Origin: Promethearchaeota archaeon
Lineage (GTDB): Archaea; Asgardarchaeota; Lokiarchaeia; Sigyniarchaeales; SOKP01
Reading direction: 5' to 3'
Assembly (NCBI GenBank): GCA_048941265.1
Contig: JBHLNT010000081.1
Span: 1 to 17,394 of the forward strand
Length of the DNA stretch: 17,394 nucleotides
Part shown: in pieces, positions 8,962 to 15,463 of the stretch
Layout of the letters: every line of letters begins with the position of its first letter
Numbering within the stretch: the stretch's first letter is position 1
The notes under the pieces: generated by a model
Told to the model about the DNA's origin: nothing
Database searches by the model: none
What the model saw: the letters and a program-made list of their open reading frames with translations, nothing else
Made by a program: the position numbers and the translations under genes

Positions 8962-10344
8962 TTATTTTTTTTCGAGATCTATATCATCTATTTCATTCTT
9001 TATTACATTAGCAATCTCTTCATTAGCTAAGCTCCACGCATGTACATCTACCTTTCCAAACTGCATAGTCTTTTCAGTTTTCATCGATTCAATCTCTTCT
9101 TCGATCTCATCTTTTTTATATCCTTTTTTGATTAATTTTTCAATTAACAAATCTAATGTTAGTATGAATCCTTTTTTCTCTAAAAGATGAATAATGTGGT
9201 CTCTTAAATTCGTAGGAACTGTTTTGATTTTTTCTAAAGTTTTTTTTATAGAGATTTTAGGAATTCTAAAGTGCTTGGGGATTTTAAGAGATTCTTTTTT
9301 ACCCCATTCGAAATCTGTGATATTTCTTATTGAACGTTCATAACCACCTATAATAAGATGTTTAAGATTGCTCTCCTTGTCTAGAAATGTACCGATGGCA
9401 TTAATTGATGATGAAAAATTTGCTTTCCATTTCAATTTGTAATTGTTCGAATCCACTTTAGTATTATGAAATACTCTTAAGGACCCATCCGCACAACCTG
9501 CAATAATTTCTTTTGCGTTATCTCCATCAATATCCTCTAATAATAATGATTTAGCTCGATTTAATGTTTTTAGCCCTTTTTTCTTAGATTTAGTTTGCTC
9601 TTTTGTGATCTTGATAAATCTTAAACGTTTACCCTCACTATTATATATTTTAATGTAAGAATCATCGGCGGCAACGATAATTTCGTTATTACCATCATTT
9701 GTAACGTCTCCTATCTTTATATCATTGATTTGAGAATATACATTTTGTTGCCATATGATGTCTGGCTTATTATTTTTAATTTGAATCAATTGGAGCGTTC
9801 CTTTTTTTGTTCCAACTAATAAACCATATAGTGGTATAGAAGAATTTGGAAGTTTTAAATATCCCAAGGTACAACTAGTGACCCAAGAATCATAGTATAA
9901 TGTAAATAACGGTTCTTTAGAGAGCAAACTTTTGAAAACTTTTAAAGTTTTATCTTCTCCACCAAAAAGTAATTCTATATTACCATCTCTATAAAAATCT
10001 CCAGCAACGCAGCATACTACCTTTCCGTCAGATTTATAATTCATTATTCCTACTAATTTTTCCTTTTCTTTATCTAATTTCAAGACCAAAAATCGACCAT
10101 CTCCAGTACCTACTAATAATTCATCGCAGTTATCTCCATCTATGTCAATAGAAAAGGAACAGCGAACCCATCCATCAAAAATAATATCATCGAGAATCAT
10201 TAGATCCTGATTCATCAAATAAAGAGTTTTATCGTGTCCCCCAAAAGTTAAGTATATCTTATTAGAGCATTTTAATATTGAGCAAGTTAAAACAGCCTCA
10301 GGACTTTGAAATACCCAGTGTTGATGATATCTCTTTGTTATCAT
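8962..10344 (-). CDS. FG-GAP/VCBS-type beta-propeller protein with a possible C-terminal winged helix
   Basis: Repeated loops DIDGDNCDELLVG, GDFYRDGNIELLFG, GDVTNDGNNEIIVA and DIDGDNAKEIIAG with WD40-like GxDxxLxVF strands. No signal peptide. The C-terminal roughly 70 aa read as helix-helix-helix-beta-beta. Confidence 0.75.
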   Translation of the reverse strand: MITKRYHQHWVFQSPEAVLTCSILKCSNKIYLTFGGHDKTLYLMNQDLMILDDIIFDGWVRCSFSIDIDGDNCDELLVGTGDGRFLVLKLDKEKEKLVGIMNYKSDGKVVCCVAGDFYRDGNIELLFGGEDKTLKVFKSLLSKEPLFTLYYDSWVTSCTLGYLKLPNSSIPLYGLLVGTKKGTLQLIQIKNNKPDIIWQQNVYSQINDIKIGDVTNDGNNEIIVAADDSYIKIYNSEGKRLRFIKITKEQTKSKKKGLKTLNRAKSLLLEDIDGDNAKEIIAGCADGSLRVFHNTKVDSNNYKLKWKANFSSSINAIGTFLDKESNLKHLIIGGYERSIRNITDFEWGKKESLKIPKHFRIPKISIKKTLEKIKTVPTNLRDHIIHLLEKKGFILTLDLLIEKLIKKGYKKDEIEEEIESMKTEKTMQFGKVDVHAWSLANEEIANVIKNEIDDIDLEKK

Positions 10345-10454
10345 AATTTATAAGTGAAGATTAGAACTTGATAAATCTATTTAATATTTAGAGATTTGTT
10401 ATTTAATTTACTATTTTCTTATAAAATTAGACACAATAAGTCTATTTATTTTTG

Positions 10455-10634
10455 ATGAAATCCATAAAAAAAAGAAAAAGAAATTTAATTTCTGAAATTC
10501 TTTCAACAAATCTGAGTTATAATTTATTTTAAGACAAAGAACTTTCAGAGAATGAAATAAAAGAACTATATGAATTATTAAAAGATAAGATATCTGAAGC
10601 CTCAGACTTAGTTAAAAATATTCATAAACTCTAA
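10455..10634 (+). pseudogene. Degraded ORF remnant, possibly a histidine-kinase dimerisation helix pair
   Basis: MKSIKKRKRNLISEILSTNLSYNLF*DKELSENEIKELYELLKDKISEASDLVKNIHKL* with an internal TAA at 10530-10532. Confidence 0.3.
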
Positions 10635-10718
10635 AACCTACTGTAAGATTTAAAAAAAAGAATTTAACAAAAAAATAGATATAAAAAAATAAAATATTTT
10701 AAGATTAGATTTGTTTGC

Positions 10719-10956
10719 TTAAAGAGCTAATTGTGCGTCTGATGGTTTATATTCTCCTTTACCATGAATCTCATAGGAGATTTCTAATTTCTCCGCTTCT
10801 GTTAATTCTTCAATTTCCCATTTGAGAGTATCTGAACCAACCTCATCAGTGATCTCCGGAGTCATACTATAATCCCCATACTCAAAATTATCTGGAACTT
10901 TATCCAGAAGAGTTAAATTTTTAAGTGGTTGATCGCCGATGTTTTCAAGGATTAAT
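10719..10956 (-). repeat. 238-bp direct repeat, copy 3 (attR-like): silent 3' end of the 729-aa gene encoding ...EELTEA...DAQLAL*
   Basis: Differs from the gene copy at 10 positions (10938, 10875, 10805, 10802, 10776 and 10723-10727). An in-frame TAA immediately precedes it. Confidence 0.95.
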
Positions 10957-11014
10957 TAGTTATATAAAAAATAATTTTACTATGTTTTAATTAAAATTTT
11001 ATTCTACTAATTCA

Positions 11015-11320
11015 TTAACTAGATGTTCCACTTAAATCAAATTTAAGTAGTTCTATGTTTATTGTTTTATTACAATTTTTACATGAAAGATTTACTATAG
11101 GTAAAGCCCCAATTTTTTCATAATATTTCTTTAGAATGTGATATCCTATTTCTCCAGTAATTTTAGATAACATTCCTCCTAAAGGCTTAGAAGTTGCAAG
11201 TGCTTCATAAAATCTCTCGTATGCTTGTATAACACCGTTTTTAAAATCTTTATCAATCTCTACATTTAACAGTGATAGTTTTAAATCAAGCTCAGTTTCA
11301 CAATATGGACATAATGACAT
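11015..11320 (-). CDS. 101-aa protein with a split zinc ribbon (CPYC ... CKNC), copy 1
   Basis: ATG start with a strong GGTGA SD at 11325-11329. Two CxxC motifs flank a helical insert of about 70 aa. Confidence 0.8.
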   Translation of the reverse strand: MSLCPYCETELDLKLSLLNVEIDKDFKNGVIQAYERFYEALATSKPLGGMLSKITGEIGYHILKKYYEKIGALPIVNLSCKNCNKTINIELLKFDLSGTSS

Positions 11321-11377
11321 TAAATCACCCTATTTTGTTTTTATTTATATAATATTAGACTATTTAAACAAAAATAA

Positions 11378-11719
11378 TGTTTAATATTAAATATATTCAT
11401 TGATTTATTTAATGTATTCTTTCAAATTGGTTTGGAATTTCAAGGTTATCAACATTTTATATTTCCTAATATTTATCATTCTAATATTAATGAATTTTTA
11501 TATGATATTTTTACAGACGAAATTAAAGTTGAGATTGCAAAATTAAGTAATATTCATTTAATCATTTTTCCTTATTTTATAGATATTAAAATGAATAATC
11601 CTATTGAAATCCAACAAGCAATTATTGACCAATTGGAAGAATTATTAAATATCAATATTTCTAACTCAATCCCACAATTTAATCATTTAGAAGATTATAA
11701 TTATTATCATTTTGAATAA
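11378..11719 (+). pseudogene. Vsr/DUF559-like PD-(D/E)xK-type nuclease domain, probably 5'-truncated, copy 1
   Basis: The frame is open from 11378: ...FIDLFNVFFQIGLEFQGYQHFIFPNIYH...DEIKVEIAKLSNIHLIIFPY. This matches D-x(n)-E-x-x-G-x-x-H ... D-x-x-K ... I-x-L-I-x-x-P-Y. The track starts at TTG 11432, after the candidate catalytic Asp. Confidence 0.55.
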
Positions 11720-11732
11720 AAATATATTGTTC

Positions 11733-11752
11733 GATTCATATGAGTATGAATC
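11733..11752. repeat. Perfect 8-bp inverted repeat GATTCATA-tgag-TATGAATC, copy 1
   Basis: Read directly from the sequence. It lies between the convergent nuclease-like ORF and the host-gene 3' end. Confidence 0.7.
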
Positions 11753-11799
11753 ATAAAAATAAGATAAAAAAAAATTTTTAATAGATTATTTATTAAAGT

Positions 11800-12037
11800 T
11801 TAATAGCTTAATTGTGCGTCTGATGGTTTATATTCTCCTTTACCATGAATCTCATATGAGATTTCTAATTTCTCCGCTTCTGCTATTTCTTCAATTTCCC
11901 ATTTGAGAGTATCTGAACCAACCTCATCAGTGATCTCCGGAGTCATACTATAATCCCCATACTCAAAATTATCTGGAACTTTATCCAGAAGAGTTAAATT
12001 TTTAAGTGGTTGATCGCCGATGTTTTCAAGGATTAAT
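11800..12037 (-). repeat. 238-bp direct repeat, copy 2 (attP-like mosaic): silent 3' end encoding ...EEIAEA...DAQLSY*
   Basis: Matches copy 3 at 12019 and 11956 but matches the gene at 11886, 11883, 11857 and the last codons. Confidence 0.95.
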
Positions 12038-12095
12038 TAGTTATATAAAAAATAATTTTACTATGTTTTAATTAAAATTTTATTCTACTAATTCA

Positions 12096-12401
12096 TTAAC
12101 TAGATGTTCCACTTAAATCAAATTTAAGTAGTTCTATGTTTATTGTTTTATTACAATTTTTACATGAAAGATTTACTATAGGTAAAGCCCCAATTTTTTC
12201 ATAATATTTCTTTAGAATGTGATATCCTATTTCTCCAGTAATTTTAGATAACATTCCTCCTAAAGGCTTAGAAGTTGCAAGTGCTTCATAAAATCTCTCG
12301 TATGCTTGTATAACACCGTTTTTAAAATCTTTATCAATCTCTACATTTAACAGTGATAGTTTTAAATCAAGCTCAGTTTCACAATATGGACATAATGACA
12401 T
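12096..12401 (-). CDS. 101-aa split zinc-ribbon protein, copy 2
   Basis: Identical translation to 11015-11320. Confidence 0.8.
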   Translation of the reverse strand: MSLCPYCETELDLKLSLLNVEIDKDFKNGVIQAYERFYEALATSKPLGGMLSKITGEIGYHILKKYYEKIGALPIVNLSCKNCNKTINIELLKFDLSGTSS

Positions 12402-12458
12402 TAAATCACCCTATTTTGTTTTTATTTATATAATATTAGACTATTTAAACAAAAATAA

Positions 12459-12800
12459 TGTTTAATATTAAATATATTCATTGATTTATTTAATGTATTC
12501 TTTCAAATTGGTTTGGAATTTCAAGGTTATCAACATTTTATATTTCCTAATATTTATCATTCTAATATTAATGAATTTTTATATGATATTTTTACAGACG
12601 AAATTAAAGTTGAGATTGCAAAATTAAGTAATATTCATTTAATCATTTTTCCTTATTTTATAGATATTAAAATGAATAATCCTATTGAAATCCAACAAGC
12701 AATTATTGACCAATTGGAAGAATTATTAAATATCAATATTTCTAACTCAATCCCACAATTTAATCATTTAGAAGATTATAATTATTATCATTTTGAATAA
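12459..12800 (+). pseudogene. Vsr/DUF559-like nuclease domain, probably truncated, copy 2
   Basis: Identical to 11378-11719 shifted by 1081 bp. Confidence 0.55.
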
Positions 12801-12813
12801 AAATATATTGTTC

Positions 12814-12833
12814 GATTCATATGAGTATGAATC
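12814..12833. repeat. 8-bp inverted repeat, copy 2
   Basis: GATTCATA-tgag-TATGAATC. Confidence 0.7.
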
Positions 12834-12880
12834 ATAAAAATAAGATAAAAAAAAATTTTTAATAGATTATTTATTAAAGT

Positions 12881-13118
12881 TTAATAGCTTAATTGTGCGT
12901 CTGATGGTTTATATTCTCCTTTACCATGAATCTCATATGAGATTTCTAATTTCTCCGCTTCTGCTATTTCTTCAATTTCCCATTTGAGAGTATCTGAACC
13001 AACCTCATCAGTGATCTCCGGAGTCATACTATAATCGCCATACTCAAAATTATCTGGAACTTTATCCAGAAGAGTTAAATTTTTAAGTGGTTGATCGCCT
13101 ATGTTTTCAAGGATTAAT
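12881..13118 (-). repeat. 238-bp direct repeat, copy 1 (attL-like): the in-frame 3' end of the 729-aa gene
   Basis: Identity with the other copies stops after GGATTAAT at 13118. Private alleles at 13100 and 13037. Confidence 0.95.
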
Positions 13119-15070
13119 ATAATCTTGTAATTTCCAAGATCCCCAATAGCAAGAACTTCCTTTCCAACTCTGAATTTTCTTCTGATGTGAATTGCTTCAA
13201 TTGCAGGAACATCAGGTCTTACTTCAATTTCATTGGATAATGGATAAGTATTAGCAAGATAAAGAACTTCAGATTCGAATCTCGAGGCTTGAGCTGGACT
13301 CATGCAGTGAATTGGGTATTGAACTTCTAACTTCGATTCAGGTTCAAACATTCCAGTACTGCTCTCCTTTAAATCTTTAAGCTCTATTCTCAGAGAATTA
13401 CCATCAACACTGACAGCAGAAGAATCAATTTCTATTTCACTTCCATCCCATAATACTTTTATCTCATCAGCATTAGGAGGTTGATATTCATCTGAAAAGA
13501 CTTCTTGTTGGACCACAATTTCATTTAACGGGGCAGAACCATTATTTTCAAGTTTGTGTACCGCAATAACATCGGTTTCCTTGAAAGTTGGAACTTGTAT
13601 AAGCATTTCTTCGATTTCTTTTGCAGTGGGTTCTGCAGTTTCTGAAAGCGTATAAAGAACTTGTCCAGTGATACTTGCTATGGCTAATTCAACATCTGAA
13701 ATTTCCATGGTACCACTTACCTGAGTTACAAAATCAGGCATGACTCGAAATTCAAGTAATTTTCTAAATTGCGGATAATCCTCACTTTCATACTGCCATT
13801 TTACAGAATGCCATTCGGCACCAGCAGGTAGAACTGGAACATCATTAGGATCAATATCTACAAGTTTAGTGCTCTCAGCATCGGGAGCATAAACGTCTGC
13901 ATTAAATAATTGAACTAAAAACTCTGAAGAATTATCGAACACTAATTTGCAATCCCATACATTCGGTTCTTCGTCTCTTTCAACTATATCCACATAAAAT
14001 CTATTAGTGGTATAAGCATCAAATTTATCAATACCTAATCCTTCTGCGAAAGAGGAGGCTGCTTCATATGTGACTTCAATAGTCCCAGTTTTTCGAGCTT
14101 CAATATCACTAACCATAATCTCTGAGGTGAATGTACATAATACCGTGGTTTCCGGATCTAACGCATCGATTGTCCAAATTAATTGATCTCCCTTTAATTC
14201 TGTATTGCCTATTGTATTGTCTGTAACTCGCGTTTTCGAAAACTCAGCGGGAATGTTCTTAATTACTTTAACATTTTTGATAGGTTTTTCAAAAAGACTT
14301 AATAAACCAATGGCAAATGTCACAGTATTTTCTGTATCGATTGAAATACCAAACGATTCTAAACTGTATTCTTCTGCTCCGGCGTCTGTATCTTCATCTT
14401 CGTCTTCTTCTTCCTCCTCTTCTTCCTCTTCTTTTTTTACTTTCTTTTCGGGTAATTTTCCGGCTTTGGCAGTTTTATCCTTTAATTTCATTAAATCCGA
14501 TTCAATATCATTAACATTTAGGATTCTATCTGCATCAGGTAAGGTATTGATGTATTCTCTTACTAAAAGTAGACTCTTAGCTTCACCAGAGATTTGAAAT
14601 TCACGAGAGTCAACATTATCATCGTCTGTAACCCCTAATTCCTGAATACTAATCTCTGCAGATTTTAAATTAGTACTTTTAATATTTTTAAGAGTAATGT
14701 CAACATCCCATAATCTATCTTTTTTACTAGGATTTTCTACATTTAATTTACCAGAAAAGCCTAAGGATTTAATGTTTGCCTCATGATCTTGTTCTACATT
14801 TACTTCTTCTGCGATTCGAACAACTGCTAATAAGCCTTCGCGATTGCCGTCTTTAAGCAAGATTGAGCCCTCAAGCTCGCCCGTATCCTCGTCATAAGTC
14901 TCAATATAAGGGGTGGATGTATCTCTATCGACTAATTCAGCCCTCCCTACATCCATTTGAGTTCTTTTTAAACCTTCTGCTTCTAAAGCCTCCTCTCTGT
15001 CTTCTTCATCCCATCCATAGCCTTTCTTTTTTTCAGGTTTCTTCTTTTTTTCTTCCTTTTTTCGCGCCAT
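12881..15070 (-). CDS. Large acidic cytoplasmic multi-beta-sandwich protein (mu-homology/DUF11-like segments), function unknown
   Basis: 729-aa ORF with a Lys-rich N-terminus, a poly-E/D linker and no signal peptide or TM helix. Ig-like motifs: LENNGSAPLNEIVVQQ, LENIGDQPLKNLTLLDKVP, IKNVKVIKNIP...LIWTIDAL, LKWEIEEI. Confidence 0.85.
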   Translation of the reverse strand: MARKKEEKKKKPEKKKGYGWDEEDREEALEAEGLKRTQMDVGRAELVDRDTSTPYIETYDEDTGELEGSILLKDGNREGLLAVVRIAEEVNVEQDHEANIKSLGFSGKLNVENPSKKDRLWDVDITLKNIKSTNLKSAEISIQELGVTDDDNVDSREFQISGEAKSLLLVREYINTLPDADRILNVNDIESDLMKLKDKTAKAGKLPEKKVKKEEEEEEEEEDEDEDTDAGAEEYSLESFGISIDTENTVTFAIGLLSLFEKPIKNVKVIKNIPAEFSKTRVTDNTIGNTELKGDQLIWTIDALDPETTVLCTFTSEIMVSDIEARKTGTIEVTYEAASSFAEGLGIDKFDAYTTNRFYVDIVERDEEPNVWDCKLVFDNSSEFLVQLFNADVYAPDAESTKLVDIDPNDVPVLPAGAEWHSVKWQYESEDYPQFRKLLEFRVMPDFVTQVSGTMEISDVELAIASITGQVLYTLSETAEPTAKEIEEMLIQVPTFKETDVIAVHKLENNGSAPLNEIVVQQEVFSDEYQPPNADEIKVLWDGSEIEIDSSAVSVDGNSLRIELKDLKESSTGMFEPESKLEVQYPIHCMSPAQASRFESEVLYLANTYPLSNEIEVRPDVPAIEAIHIRRKFRVGKEVLAIGDLGNYKIILILENIGDQPLKNLTLLDKVPDNFEYGDYSMTPEITDEVGSDTLKWEIEEIAEAEKLEISYEIHGKGEYKPSDAQLSY

Positions 15071-15259
15071 AATTCATTACCATTTAATTTTTTATTAGAT
15101 TAATTTTTAATAATAGATTAATAAAAATTTCTTAGTAATATAAAATTAAAATACACTAATTAAAAAACATTATTTCTCTAAGATATTGATTCATATAAAA
15201 AGTCTTTTTAGAAAAAGTTCCATTTAAATACTTTTATAGACAGTAGTGGAAAAGAGATA

Positions 15260-15430
15260 TTAAGTTATTCTATTATCAAAGTTATTCCTATTTTTAGGTA
15301 AAATATCTGGATCGGTTAATTTATAGCCACACATTGGGCAATTTTTCAGTTTTCTTCCTGTCTTTGGATCAAAAGTTCTAAAAGAAAATCCACACGCAGG
15401 GCATACGCTTATAAAATTATCAGCTGTCAT
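15260..15430 (-). CDS. 56-aa CPxCG-type zinc-finger microprotein
   Basis: Manual translation: MTADNFISVCPACGFSFRTFDPKTGRKLKNCPMCGYKLTDPDILPKNRNNFDNRIT*. Two CPxCG motifs, 33 bp downstream of glycerate kinase on the same strand. Confidence 0.8.
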   Translation of the reverse strand: MTADNFISVCPACGFSFRTFDPKTGRKLKNCPMCGYKLTDPDILPKNRNNFDNRIT

Positions 15431-15463
15431 TATATCAATTACTTTTTAGAAAATTTCATTTAA

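Larger units (their letters stand above)
10719..12880. mobile_element. Two tandem copies of a 1081-bp module (238-bp host-gene 3' end plus 843-bp cargo); putative non-autonomous integrative mini-element
   Basis: Units 10719-11799 and 11800-12880 have an exact 1081-bp period. The cargo segments 10957-11799 and 12038-12880 appear identical. They are bounded by three mosaic copies of the 3' end of the 729-aa gene. No integrase is present in the window. Confidence 0.65.

Noticed and set aside
10943-10970. Xer/dif-like site at the repeat-cargo junction (TTATATAAAAA arm)
   Set aside because: The left arm does not mirror the right arm, and such AT-rich matches are expected by chance here.
10719-12880. 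CRISPR array or insertion sequence
   Set aside because: The repeats are 238 bp with identical 843-bp interveners. There is no transposase, terminal inverted repeat or short target-site duplication.
10719-13118. Diversity-generating retroelement (VR/TR pair at a gene 3' end)
   Set aside because: The differences are not adenine-specific (C/G, G/A and a multi-base change at the end), several are synonymous, and no reverse transcriptase is present in the window.
14205-15072. Track ORFs 14205-14597, 14317-14514 and 14863-15072 (+), including a poly-Ser run
   Set aside because: Antisense shadows of the 729-aa gene. The poly-Ser run is the reverse complement of its poly-Glu/Asp linker.
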